The notes under the pieces: model-generated
What the model was told of the DNA's origin: nothing
The model's database searches: none
The model's input: the letters and a program-made list of their open reading frames with translations, nothing else
Made by a program: the position numbers and the translations under genes
Source: Escherichia phage BYEP01
Sequence record: OR757453.1
Strand: one strand, 5' to 3'
DNA: 64,000 nucleotides
Part shown: positions 39,813 through 49,024 of the stretch, in pieces
Layout of the letters: each line of letters starts with the position of its first letter
Numbering within the stretch: the first letter of the stretch is position 1

Positions 39813-40505
39813 TTATAAATTAACTGTTTTTCTAAGTATTCTTAGTTTGTACATTGATAATCCAGTAGCTTTAGAAGCATCTTTCATGCATTTATACTTA
39901 ACACCATTTACTTCTATAGGTTTAGCAGCTGGGTTATTAGCTCCTGAATTATCTGGCATGTTATCTTTAATTTTCTGAATAGATTTAGCGGAATGTTTCC
40001 TTCCATACATGCCATTATTTTTACCTGATTGATTGATAGAATGCAATCTTTTAGCTTCTTCAGTCCATTTTGTTGGGTTCATTCTTTTAGTTTTACTAAT
40101 TTTACTTCCCCACGTAATTGGACGATTTTTCATGAGTTTTGACATATATTGTTTATGTTCTTCCGTATGGTGTTTTCCGTAAAATGGATTACCTTCACCT
40201 GATTGAAGTTTTGCCATTTTACGACGTTCCCAGGCGTAAGATTTATTAACGTGTCTTTCATGAGTATTTGAATTCATTCCCATACATATAACGGCTTTAA
40301 TTATACCGTAATGGTTTGGATGAATTTTAGCTAAAAGTTTATGAGCTATAAAATGCTCTTCAGCTGTTAGTTCTACCAAATTACACTTATCATCTGTACC
40401 ACCCATACATCTAGGAATTATATGATGAGTTTCAGTGTATCCATTAAGGCGAGCCCGATTCTGGGCTCTATTAATTAAATTATCATATATTAATTTATAA
40501 TTCAA
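39813..40505 (-). CDS. HNH homing endonuclease (Mob-like, 230 aa) between uvsW and uvsW.1; apparent TTG start
   Basis: MNYKLIYDNLINRAQNRARLNGYTETHHIIPRCMGGTDDKCNLVELTAEEHFIAHKLL (HNH motif); start codon TTG (rc of 40503-40505) overlaps uvsW stop; AAGAGG RBS 7 nt upstream. Confidence 0.8.
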   Translation of the reverse strand: MNYKLIYDNLINRAQNRARLNGYTETHHIIPRCMGGTDDKCNLVELTAEEHFIAHKLLAKIHPNHYGIIKAVICMGMNSNTHERHVNKSYAWERRKMAKLQSGEGNPFYGKHHTEEHKQYMSKLMKNRPITWGSKISKTKRMNPTKWTEEAKRLHSINQSGKNNGMYGRKHSAKSIQKIKDNMPDNSGANNPAAKPIEVNGVKYKCMKDASKATGLSMYKLRILRKTVNL

Positions 40506-42013
40506 AGTTTAACCTCTTTCATCACATAATTAAACTTCTCATCAGCATAACGCTGAATACGATCAAGTCCATGTTTTAAAAGATAGTTTAAATGCGAGTA
40601 TTTTTTAGAAGATGTTTTTGATTTAGAAACTACGCCCGCGTCATCTATGAGATCCCAGACTGTTGCGATTGTTTTAGAACCATGCTTACGTAATACGCGA
40701 CCTATTGTTTGCAATACAATAATTTTAGATTTAACACCGTGTGCTAAAACAACATGATGCAGATTTTTAACTGAAATACCAGTAGAAAATACACCATAAC
40801 TCGCTACTATAATTATTCCTTTACCATTTTCAGCTAAGGTTTTCATTACGTTGCGGGTTTCGGTATCAACTTCCCCTGATACGTAATAAACTTTATCGTA
40901 TTCATTTTTAATTAAATCGAAAATAGCTTTACCGTGCGATACGTGTTTAAACATGACAAAAGCGTTTTCATCTTTTTGTGCAAGTTTAATAGCTAATTTA
41001 GCGATCCATTTATTTCTTTTACTGAGCCCAGTAATAATTTTTATTTCTTCTTGGTAAGTTTTTCCCTTTAATTTAGTAGTGAACTCATCAGGATAGCGAA
41101 GAAAAATACTATTAATTTTTAACTCAGTTACTTGTCCATCTTCCATTAATTTAGAAGTCGTTACTGGCTTAAATATTTCACCAAACATTCCAACATACTG
41201 CATGATATTGGCTTTGCCATCACGTAATGAACCGGACAAACCGAATTTGAACATGCAGTTATTTAAACCTGATATGATAGATGAAATACTTTTTCCTGTA
41301 GCAAGATGGCATTCATCATTCATCATCATTCCAAACTGTGAGAACCATTCTTTCGGTTGTTTAACTACAGTTTGCCATGTACCAACGACGACTGGTGCAT
41401 CATTTTTATATTTATCATCTTTTGATGCTCCGCCGCCAATTTTCTTTATCATTGCATGACTGAATAAACGATAGTCAACAAAGTCATCAGCCATCTGAGT
41501 TGTCAGAGCAGTTGTTGGAACAATGATAAGAATTTTACCTTCATAATTTTCCAAATAATATCGCGCAAGCAAAGCTTGGATTAACGATTTACCAGCGGAT
41601 GTTGGAAGATTAAGAATTCTACGACGATTAACTAATCCTTCGAACACTGCATCTTTTTGATACCAGTGCGGTTCAATTCTTTTATTTCCTGAATAGATTT
41701 CTAATTTAGAAAGCCATTCATCAAAATCTTTTCTTGATAATTCTTCTTTTTCGTTAATCTGCGGGTCAATCCAGGCTTTATAGCCAAAATTATCACAGAA
41801 CTTTTTAATTTGCCCGACTAAGCCGAATGGAAGAAGACGATTATAATCTAAAAGACGGATTCGTCCATCCCAGTGGCCATATCTGTATTTCGGATTAAAA
41901 CGATACCCATCAGCTTCAAAGCTAAAGAAATCACGGAGTTCATGAAATGTACTTTCTTCACAATCAATTCTCACGTGACTAAAATCATAAAAATGTACTT
42001 TAATGTCAGTCAT
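40502..42013 (-). CDS. uvsW: UvsW RNA-DNA and DNA helicase (503 aa)
   Basis: MTDIKVHFYDFSHVRIDCEESTFHELRDFFSFEADGYRFNPKYRYGHWDGRIRLL...PTSAGKS (Walker A)...DECH; recognised as T4 UvsW. Confidence 0.95.
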   Translation of the reverse strand: MTDIKVHFYDFSHVRIDCEESTFHELRDFFSFEADGYRFNPKYRYGHWDGRIRLLDYNRLLPFGLVGQIKKFCDNFGYKAWIDPQINEKEELSRKDFDEWLSKLEIYSGNKRIEPHWYQKDAVFEGLVNRRRILNLPTSAGKSLIQALLARYYLENYEGKILIIVPTTALTTQMADDFVDYRLFSHAMIKKIGGGASKDDKYKNDAPVVVGTWQTVVKQPKEWFSQFGMMMNDECHLATGKSISSIISGLNNCMFKFGLSGSLRDGKANIMQYVGMFGEIFKPVTTSKLMEDGQVTELKINSIFLRYPDEFTTKLKGKTYQEEIKIITGLSKRNKWIAKLAIKLAQKDENAFVMFKHVSHGKAIFDLIKNEYDKVYYVSGEVDTETRNVMKTLAENGKGIIIVASYGVFSTGISVKNLHHVVLAHGVKSKIIVLQTIGRVLRKHGSKTIATVWDLIDDAGVVSKSKTSSKKYSHLNYLLKHGLDRIQRYADEKFNYVMKEVKL

Positions 42014-42063
42014 GTCTAAATACCATGTAATAAATATATCTATATTTATACTGAGGAAATATT

Positions 42064-42744
42064 ATGATAGATAAAGATTATATTGCAGAGCTGAAGGCTC
42101 TTGATGATAATAAAGAAGCTAAAGCTAAATTAGCTGAATACGCTGAACAGTTTGGTATAAAGGTCAAAAAGAATAAATCTTTTGATAATATCGTTGCTGA
42201 TATTGAAGAAGCCCTCCAGAAGCTCGCTAGTGAACCTATGCCAGAGACTGATGGGTTATCTATTAAAGACTTAATTGATGCTGCTGATGCCGCAGACGGA
42301 TTAAAATATGACGATGAAGAAGTCAATCCAGAGGCAGCACTTCTGATTGATTCTCCGGTTAAATCTGACATTAAAATTGAAGTAGTAGAAATGGATAAAA
42401 TTCCTGAAAATACCGATGTTTTGATTGAAGATACTCCTTTTGTTGAAGAAAAATTCGAGCAGGCTGTAGCTGAGATTATTGAATCTGAAAAGCCGTCTGT
42501 ATTTACTCTTCCGGAAAACTTTAGTCCGAATCTTCAGCTGATTGGAAAAAATCCAGGATTCTGCACTGTTCCTTGGTGGATTTATCAATGGATAGCTGAA
42601 ACTCCGGATTGGAAATCTCACCCAACTAGTTTTGAACACGCGTCGGCACATCAAACTTTATTTAGCTTAATTTATTACATTAATCGCGACGGATCAGTTC
42701 TAATTCGTGAAACACGCAACTCTTCTTTCGTAACATTAAAATAA
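42064..42744 (+). CDS. inh: Inh, inhibitor of prohead protease (226 aa)
   Basis: MIDKDYIAELKALDDNKEAKAKLAEYAEQFGIKVKKNKSFDNIVADIEEALQ... recognised as T4 Inh. Confidence 0.85.
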   Translation: MIDKDYIAELKALDDNKEAKAKLAEYAEQFGIKVKKNKSFDNIVADIEEALQKLASEPMPETDGLSIKDLIDAADAADGLKYDDEEVNPEAALLIDSPVKSDIKIEVVEMDKIPENTDVLIEDTPFVEEKFEQAVAEIIESEKPSVFTLPENFSPNLQLIGKNPGFCTVPWWIYQWIAETPDWKSHPTSFEHASAHQTLFSLIYYINRDGSVLIRETRNSSFVTLK

Positions 42745-42753
42745 GGATAACTT

Positions 42754-43605
42754 ATGGCTTTTACAGTTGATATAACTCCTAAAACACCTACTGGAGTTAT
42801 AGATCAGACTCAGCAGTTTACTGCTACACCCAGTGGTGAAACTGGAGGTGGAACTATTACCTATGCTTGGACTGTAGACGATGTTCCACAAGATGGAGCT
42901 GAAGCAACTTTTAGTTATGTACTAAAAGGACCTGCCGGTCAAAAGACTATTAAAGTAGTTGCAACAAATACACTTTCTGAAGGAGGCCCGGAAACGGCTG
43001 AAGCGACAACAACTATCACAGTTCAAAATAAGACACAGACAACTACCTTAGCTGTAACTCCTGATAGTCCTGCTGCTGGAGTGATTGGAACTCCTGTTGA
43101 ATTTACTGCTGCTTTAGCTTCTCAACCATCAGGCGCATCTGCTACGTATCAATGGTATGTAGATGATTCACAAGTTGGTGGAGAAACTAACTCTACATTT
43201 AACTATACTCCAACTACAAGTGGAGTAAAAAGAATTAAATGCGTAGCCCAAGTAACAGCAACGGATTACGACGAAAAAACAGTTACTTCTAATGAAGTAT
43301 CACTGACTGTGAATGATAAAGTTGCTCCGGAACCAGAAGGTGAATTACCTTATGTTCATCCTCTTCCACATCGCACTTCAGCTTATATCTGGTGCGGTTG
43401 GTGGGTTATGGATGAAATCCAAAAAATGACTGAAGAAGGTAAAGATTGGAAAACTGAAGATCCAGATAGTAAGTACTACTTGCATCGTTACACTCTTCAG
43501 AAGATGATGAAAGACTATCCAGAAGTTGATGTCCAAGAATCGCGTAATGGATACATCATTCATAAAACTGCTTTAGAAACTGGTATCATCTATACCTATC
43601 CATAA
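42754..43605 (+). CDS. hoc: Hoc outer capsid protein, short form (283 aa; two Ig-like domains plus capsid-binding domain)
   Basis: MAFTVDITPKTPTGVIDQTQQFTATPSGETGGGTITYAWTVDDVPQDGAEATFSYVLKG...KVAPEPEGELPYVHPLPHRTSAYIWCGWWVMDEIQK...GIIYTYP recognised as Hoc; about 93 aa shorter than T4 Hoc (376 aa, recalled). Confidence 0.88.
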   Translation: MAFTVDITPKTPTGVIDQTQQFTATPSGETGGGTITYAWTVDDVPQDGAEATFSYVLKGPAGQKTIKVVATNTLSEGGPETAEATTTITVQNKTQTTTLAVTPDSPAAGVIGTPVEFTAALASQPSGASATYQWYVDDSQVGGETNSTFNYTPTTSGVKRIKCVAQVTATDYDEKTVTSNEVSLTVNDKVAPEPEGELPYVHPLPHRTSAYIWCGWWVMDEIQKMTEEGKDWKTEDPDSKYYLHRYTLQKMMKDYPEVDVQESRNGYIIHKTALETGIIYTYP

Positions 43606-43610
43606 TCATA

Positions 43611-43636
43611 AGGGGCTTCGGCCCCTTTCTTCATTT
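43611..43636 (+). terminator. rho-independent terminator (AGGGGC-ttcg-GCCCCT then TTCTTCATTTT)
   Basis: Perfect 6-bp stem, UUCG loop, U-rich tail after hoc. Confidence 0.7.
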
Positions 43637-43694
43637 TGAAAGCACACAAAACACAATCAGAAAATGATGTATATAATGGCACCAACTCGATAAC

Positions 43695-43910
43695 ATGAGA
43701 TTGATTATGAGAACTGAGGTTGTGGTGTTTACTCTTCATGAGTCTGGAAAGTCATTCATTGAAATTGCTCGTGAATTAAACTTACAGGCAAAAGAAGTGG
43801 CTGTATTATGGGCTCGAGCTATGACTGCTAAGAATAAATTTGAAACTCGAGAAAAAGTTGTCTATAGAAAAAGACATATCAATAAAAAGGTGAAAAATGG
43901 AACAGTATGA
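43695..43910 (+). CDS. hypothetical protein (71 aa; 24.3-position), possible helix-turn-helix
   Basis: MRLIMRTEVVVFTLHESGKSFIEIARELNLQAKEVAVLWARAM...; start could be ATG 43707; no strong SD. Confidence 0.45.
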   Translation: MRLIMRTEVVVFTLHESGKSFIEIARELNLQAKEVAVLWARAMTAKNKFETREKVVYRKRHINKKVKNGTV

Positions 43911-44175
43911 TCTTTATGAAAATGAATCTTTTGCTAATCAATTACGCGAAAAAGCACTTAAAAGTAAACAGTTTAAACTAGAGTGTTTTATTAAAGATTT
44001 TTCGGAACTTGCTAATAAAGCAGCTGAACAAGGTAAAACACATTTTAATTATTATTGTATTGCTCGTGATAAATTGATTACTGAAGAAATTGGTGATTGG
44101 CTGAGAAAAGAAGGATTTAGCTTTAAAGTCAATAGTGATCAGCGTGATGGTGATTGGTTAGAAATTACATTTTGA
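43897..44175 (+). CDS. hypothetical protein (92 aa; 24.2-position)
   Basis: AAAAGG RBS then ATG; MEQYDLYENESFANQLREKALKSKQFKLECF... Confidence 0.55.
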   Translation: MEQYDLYENESFANQLREKALKSKQFKLECFIKDFSELANKAAEQGKTHFNYYCIARDKLITEEIGDWLRKEGFSFKVNSDQRDGDWLEITF

Positions 44176-44184
44176 GGATTAATT

Positions 44185-44565
44185 ATGTTTAAAAAGTATA
44201 GCAGTCTTGAAAATCATTACAATTCTAAATTCATTGAAAAACTTTACAGTTTAGGATTGACTGGCGGCGAATGGGTAGCTCGTGAAAAGATTCATGGCAC
44301 AAATTTCTTACTGATTATTGAACACGATAAAGCAACTTGTGCTAAACGTACTGGACCGATTCTTCCTGCTGAAGATTTCTTTGGGTACGAAATTATTCTA
44401 AAGAATTACGCTGATTCCATTAAAGCAGTACAAGATATTTTGGAAGAAACTTCTCGTGAAGGTATTACTCTAACTCAAGCGGATAATCCTTCTTTGATTA
44501 AAAAGGAATTAGTTAAAATGGTACAAGATGTACTTCGTCCGGCTTGGATTGAATTGGTAAGTTAA
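44185..44565 (+). CDS. rnlB: RNA ligase 2 (Rnl2) remnant: N-terminal about 82 aa fused in frame to C-terminal about 44 aa (126 aa)
   Basis: [41 protein letters not shown]...KAVQDI|[41 protein letters not shown]; both termini match recalled T4 Rnl2 (334 aa); most of the nucleotidyltransferase domain missing. Confidence 0.7.
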   Translation: MFKKYSSLENHYNSKFIEKLYSLGLTGGEWVAREKIHGTNFLLIIEHDKATCAKRTGPILPAEDFFGYEIILKNYADSIKAVQDILEETSREGITLTQADNPSLIKKELVKMVQDVLRPAWIELVS

Positions 44566-44571
44566 ATAAAA

Positions 44572-44598
44572 AGGGACCTTTCGGTCCCTTTGTTTTAT
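44572..44598. terminator. bidirectional terminator hairpin (AGGGACC-tttc-GGTCCCT) between convergent rnlB and gene 24
   Basis: Perfect 7-bp stem; U-rich tails on both strands. Confidence 0.65.
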
Positions 44599-45878
44599 TC
44601 ATCAACGATAATTTTTGGTAATTTAACACCTAATAAAACAGACAAATCTGAACGACCCGCCATTTTATCCATGTCTCCACCATCAATTATTCTTGCTTCT
44701 TTTTCATCTTTTGCTACAGTGTAAGGATTTGCTGATAAAGCATATCTAACTAATAAACCGATAGACGGTTGTAAGCTTTCTGGATCAACTACAACTTTAA
44801 ATGCACCTACATGTTCAGGGTCATCTAAGTCGAGACCTTCTGTATACGGAGCATAGAAAATTGATCCGACAATTTCTTTTTCGCCAATATTTTCTACCAC
44901 ACCTACGATTACATAATCTAATGGGCTGTTAGTATCGCAATAAAGCGGTAAACCATTAGCTAGGAACCCGTAGGCATTTTGTGAAAGATATTTGTCATCT
45001 TCTGGTTTATGTTTTAACCAACCTGATGCAGCAAGAATCGCAGCGGCACGAGCTGAAGCAACACAGAACGTTGCTGTATAAGTTGATTCTTTCTGGATAT
45101 GTGAAACCATTTCACATACCATTCGGTATAATGAACGACCAGCTTCAGGTGCAGATGCATAACTCAAATCAATGAATCCAGTGTCAGTAATTCCTGTAAC
45201 TTTATAGCGTTTTGACACTGTAATCAAAGACTGTAGAATATCTTTATTGATTTCATCCGCCATTTCAGTTGCAAGCAAATCTTCCAAGAAATTAGGAGCA
45301 TCGAATCCATTTGCTTCTAAATCTTGCGCTAATTCAACCGTGATGCCAGTTTTAAGTTTACGAGATTTAACTGCGGTTTGCCATTTATTAATCTGGAATC
45401 TAGCATCAGCAATTTCGCTATCAGAGCTTTCAAATTTGCTCGTTGACGCAGCGTCAGAAAATAGACGAACCTTTAAAAGAACAATTGCAATCTGAAGAGC
45501 TAGTTCTAAATCGCTTTCTTCAATGGTAGCAAATGGTGTATCTTCTAATACTTTATAAACGATATTATTATATTTGAATAAATCGCCTTTATTGAGAGTT
45601 AATTTAGACTCTTCTGTTAATTCTGTGATTTGTTCTCGGTCTACATACCCAGCTTCGCCAGCGTAAGTAGCACCAGTTTTAAATGTAAATTCGTTATCTG
45701 GGTTAAGGTATTTGATACCGTAAAAAGCAGCAACAGGTTGATTAGTTCTTTGCGTTGCTACAATGTCAGAATATATTAATTTAGTGGTAGCGCGAGTCAA
45801 AGCAACGAGATTTGGGCGACCGATTGAGTTGCTATTCGTTGTGGTTGATTCGCGCAGAAGTTCGTTGATTTTAGCCAT
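44595..45878 (-). CDS. 24: capsid vertex protein gp24 (427 aa)
   Basis: MAKINELLRESTTTNSNSIGRPNLVALTRATTKLIYSDIVATQRTNQPVAAFYGIKYLNPDNEF... recognised as T4 gp24. Confidence 0.95.
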   Translation of the reverse strand: MAKINELLRESTTTNSNSIGRPNLVALTRATTKLIYSDIVATQRTNQPVAAFYGIKYLNPDNEFTFKTGATYAGEAGYVDREQITELTEESKLTLNKGDLFKYNNIVYKVLEDTPFATIEESDLELALQIAIVLLKVRLFSDAASTSKFESSDSEIADARFQINKWQTAVKSRKLKTGITVELAQDLEANGFDAPNFLEDLLATEMADEINKDILQSLITVSKRYKVTGITDTGFIDLSYASAPEAGRSLYRMVCEMVSHIQKESTYTATFCVASARAAAILAASGWLKHKPEDDKYLSQNAYGFLANGLPLYCDTNSPLDYVIVGVVENIGEKEIVGSIFYAPYTEGLDLDDPEHVGAFKVVVDPESLQPSIGLLVRYALSANPYTVAKDEKEARIIDGGDMDKMAGRSDLSVLLGVKLPKIIVDE

Positions 45879-45905
45879 TGCGCTTTCCTTTTGGTTTATA
45901 TGATT

Positions 45906-45913
45906 TATTTATA
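45906..45913 (-). promoter_or_regulatory. late promoter TATAAATA for gene 24
   Basis: Plus-strand tatttata 28 nt upstream of gene 24 ATG on minus strand. Confidence 0.6.
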
Positions 45914-45929
45914 CCATAAAAACAACTAA

Positions 45930-45947
45930 AGGGACCCGAAGGTCCCT
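45930..45947 (-). terminator. hairpin AGGGACC-cgaa-GGTCCCT just downstream of gene 23 (terminator/attenuator)
   Basis: Perfect 7-bp stem with GNRA loop between gene 23 stop and gene 24 promoter. Confidence 0.6.
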
Positions 45948-45961
45948 TAAATCGTCAAAGA

Positions 45962-47527
45962 TTAGATACCTTTAACATATACACGGCGGAAGTAAGCGTT
46001 TTTACCAAGGCTATTCAGAATAGAAGGCATACCGCTCTGGATGCGAGAAGCCGGAGCCTGAGCAGCGGATTCTGCAAATGGGTTGATACCGATACCGTAA
46101 CGAGTTTTGAATCCCATTACTGGTTGGAAGTTCTTCGGATCGGAACCACGCAGCGGAGTCAGAGCTACATATGGAGCATAGTAAATACCAGCATCCATTT
46201 CGTTCGGACCTTTATAACCTACAGTGAAATAATCCTGTTTAGCATACTGGTCGATATATACACGGTATTTACCACCCAGAACACCAGCAAATACTGACTT
46301 GGTAGTATCAGTGTTAAAGCCGGTAGCCAGACCCTGTGCAGCATAAGAAATGCCAGTATCAACTGAAGCCAGAACGTTAACTACGTTACGGGAAGCGATA
46401 ATGAAGTTACCTTCACCACGACCAGTCTGACGAGCAATTTCAACTGCTTCTTTGTCAATCTGGAACAACAGAGCTTTAAAGGATTCACCCGCCCAGCGAG
46501 CACCACGAATATCAATCGGATCCTGGAAGTCAAATACACCAGCTTTAGAACCCGGAGTCAGGGTCATACCAGATTTACCAACCTGAGCGGAGTAGTTAAT
46601 CCAATCAACAACTTCACGGTTGATTTCCAGCATGATTTCGGTAGCCAGAATACCAGACAGTTCAGCATCAGCATCCATACCGTGAACAGCGCGGAGGTCT
46701 TGTGCTAATTCGATAGAGTAAGCAGCTTTCAGCTGACGAGATTTAGCTTCGATAACTTGTTTATCGATACGGAAGCCCATTTCATTCCATGGATTATCGG
46801 TAGAACCATTGAAACTTTCCTGAAGTTCAGCGATAGAAGTAGCCATACCTTCAGCGATTTCTACCAATGCACCAGCTTCCATTTGTTTCTTAATTTCAGC
46901 ATCTAATTTAGCTGCATCAGTTGCGCTTGCACTAATTGTTACTTGAGCAGAAGCTTGCAGATACACAGTACCAGTGTCCTGGAAGAAGTGAGTATAGATA
47001 TCACCTGCTGTGGTTTGTGTGCTAGCAGCCAGAGCTGTGAATTTCTTAGCAGCACCCTGACCAGAGAACATTGCATCTGGACCATACATTGGGTGGAATG
47101 CTTCTTTAGCACCAGAAGCGACCGGGTCTTTACCGTATACTGCACGCAGTGCGAATACCTGGCCAGTCGGGCTGTTCATCGGCTGAACACCGCAAATATC
47201 GAAAGCAATCAGGTTAGGAATAGCACGACGTACCATACCCATAACAGCTGGGCCAATCTGAGTTACTGCGCCAGAAGTCTGACCTGCAGCGATGTTGGTA
47301 GCATTGTAACCGTGGTCACCACCGATTTCAGCTTCTGTTAAGAAAGAACCGAACGCCTGAGCAATTTTTTCGTCTTTGTACTCTGGAGCTGTCTGGAAAT
47401 CTTTTTCCTGGTTTTCAAAGATTTTAGCGATAATCGCTTGTTTGCTATTAGCAATTTCCGGTAAACCTTCACCTTCCAGTAATGGCTTCCATTTGTTCAA
47501 AAGTTCAGCTTTAGTTTTGATAGTCAT
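45962..47527 (-). CDS. 23: major capsid protein gp23 (521 aa)
   Basis: MTIKTKAELLNKWKPLLEGEGLPEIANSKQAIIAKIFENQEKDFQTAPEYKDEKIAQAFGSFLTEAEIGGDHGYNATNIAAGQTSGAVTQIGPAVMGMVRR... recognised as T4 gp23. Confidence 0.97.
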   Translation of the reverse strand: MTIKTKAELLNKWKPLLEGEGLPEIANSKQAIIAKIFENQEKDFQTAPEYKDEKIAQAFGSFLTEAEIGGDHGYNATNIAAGQTSGAVTQIGPAVMGMVRRAIPNLIAFDICGVQPMNSPTGQVFALRAVYGKDPVASGAKEAFHPMYGPDAMFSGQGAAKKFTALAASTQTTAGDIYTHFFQDTGTVYLQASAQVTISASATDAAKLDAEIKKQMEAGALVEIAEGMATSIAELQESFNGSTDNPWNEMGFRIDKQVIEAKSRQLKAAYSIELAQDLRAVHGMDADAELSGILATEIMLEINREVVDWINYSAQVGKSGMTLTPGSKAGVFDFQDPIDIRGARWAGESFKALLFQIDKEAVEIARQTGRGEGNFIIASRNVVNVLASVDTGISYAAQGLATGFNTDTTKSVFAGVLGGKYRVYIDQYAKQDYFTVGYKGPNEMDAGIYYAPYVALTPLRGSDPKNFQPVMGFKTRYGIGINPFAESAAQAPASRIQSGMPSILNSLGKNAYFRRVYVKGI

Positions 47528-47545
47528 TTGTGTTAACCTTTAAAA

Positions 47546-48355
47546 TTAGAAACGAGATGCGACTTTCGCATATACACTTACAATATCTTCTGCACCAGGT
47601 GCAGTTTTATCTTCTACAGCTTCAGTGACGAAATTCAGTCCGGCTGCTTCAGTATCAGGAGTATTTATACCCTCAGTAATAGTGCTTTCATCTTTATTAG
47701 ACTTCTTCACCATTTCTACGATGGCACTCAATTTACTTGAGAATGCATCTGAATAATCCATACCTTCGACCAGAGCAGAGACTTTTTCTTTTTGAGACTC
47801 AGTCAGATCTTTAGTACTTTCGCTCAATGCCACTTCACGCTGCACATAATTGATATATGCGTCACGCTTATTGAGTTCTTCGAACAGACGAGCTGATTCT
47901 TCTTTATGTTCTTGCAGCTCTTCTTCCATTTCAGCTACAACATCAACTGATTCTTCTGGAACAACAACGTTGTGTTCAACAAAGAGCTCTTTTAATCCAC
48001 CAAGCATGGATTCAAACAGTTCGGCTTTGATGCCTTTATCAACTGCTAATTTATTTTCAGCGAGCCATTCTTTCGCAAGATGGTCAATGAATTTAGAAGC
48101 TTGCTCAGCGATTTTCTTCTCAGCTTTTTCTTCGGCTTCTTCTTTATTTTTTTCTACTTCTTCTTCTGCTTTTTCAGCAATTTTGGCGATATGAGATTCA
48201 GCTAATTTAACGGCGTGCTGCTTGACGGTAGCTTCGAATACAGTGCCGAAAGTTTCTTTTGCTTCCGGAGAAATATTAACTGATTCGAAAATACTATCAA
48301 GAGCAACGGAAGCATCAATTTTTTGCGCTTCAGCAATCAGTTGTTCTTTAAGCAT
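47546..48355 (-). CDS. 22: prohead core scaffold protein gp22 (269 aa)
   Basis: MLKEQLIAEAQKIDASVALDSIFESVNISPEAKETFGTVFEATVKQHAVKLAESH... recognised as T4 gp22. Confidence 0.93.
   Translation of the reverse strand: MLKEQLIAEAQKIDASVALDSIFESVNISPEAKETFGTVFEATVKQHAVKLAESHIAKIAEKAEEEVEKNKEEAEEKAEKKIAEQASKFIDHLAKEWLAENKLAVDKGIKAELFESMLGGLKELFVEHNVVVPEESVDVVAEMEEELQEHKEESARLFEELNKRDAYINYVQREVALSESTKDLTESQKEKVSALVEGMDYSDAFSSKLSAIVEMVKKSNKDESTITEGINTPDTEAAGLNFVTEAVEDKTAPGAEDIVSVYAKVASRF
47662..47669 (-). promoter_or_regulatory. late promoter TATAAATA inside gene 22 3' region (candidate promoter for gene 23)
   Basis: Plus-strand tatttata about 135 nt upstream of gene 23 ATG. Confidence 0.45.
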
Positions 48356-48382
48356 TTTGTAGTCCTGTTGTTTAGATAATAA

Positions 48383-48390
48383 TATTTATA
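48383..48390 (-). promoter_or_regulatory. late promoter TATAAATA upstream of gene 22
   Basis: Plus-strand tatttata about 28 nt upstream of gene 22 ATG; overlaps gene 21 stop. Confidence 0.55.
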
Positions 48391-49024
48391 ACGCTTTTTT
48401 CATGGCCTCTGCGAGAGCCATATAGGCGTCATCGGCACTTGTATCGGCTTCCGCCGTCTGTGATTCTGTAATTTCCTTAGGAGTTACCCATGCATCTGGA
48501 GCACTTGGACCCCATACCGCATCAACACCTACAGTTAATTTGAATCCTTCGTTTACGATACGATAACCTTTATTTGTGTCAGTCAATGAACCTAATCCAC
48601 GAGAAGAAACTCCTGGAATCCATCCGGCACGAATATTAGCTGCTAATTTATCTCCAGGACCGTGGTCACCTTCAATAACACGAGCTCGTCCGTATACGTC
48701 ATTTCCTTTCCACCACATATCTTCTATAATGATAGCGGCTTGCATCGGGTCAACATTAGCGCGTGGAGGATGATTTAATTCTCCGAGAGCTTGTTTAGTT
48801 AAAACTTGCTCATTGATATAGTCTTTTACCGCTTTTTCTAATATGCGTTTTGGATAAAGACGTTTATTTCTATTGACGACTTCCGCTTGCATGAATATTC
48901 CTTCGATGTATAAACCAGGTTTTAAACCTAGGTCTTTTCCATCGTGAGATTCAAGCATTGGCACACCATCAATAATTTCGCCAGGTTGACCCCAAGTTTC
49001 AATTAGTAATTGGGGTTCATTCAT
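48386..49024 (-). CDS. 21: prohead core protease gp21 (212 aa)
   Basis: [66 protein letters not shown]... recognised as T4 gp21. Confidence 0.95.
   Translation of the reverse strand: MNEPQLLIETWGQPGEIIDGVPMLESHDGKDLGLKPGLYIEGIFMQAEVVNRNKRLYPKRILEKAVKDYINEQVLTKQALGELNHPPRANVDPMQAAIIIEDMWWKGNDVYGRARVIEGDHGPGDKLAANIRAGWIPGVSSRGLGSLTDTNKGYRIVNEGFKLTVGVDAVWGPSAPDAWVTPKEITESQTAEADTSADDAYMALAEAMKKAL

Noticed and set aside
43621-43694. Promoter upstream of the 71-codon ORF (TATAAT at about 43673)
   Set aside because: A -10-like hexamer is present but no credible -35 or MotA box at proper spacing; left unannotated.
46939-47341. ORFs of 68 and 132 aa on both strands inside gene 23
   Set aside because: Lie wholly inside the major capsid gene in other frames; no RBS; spurious.
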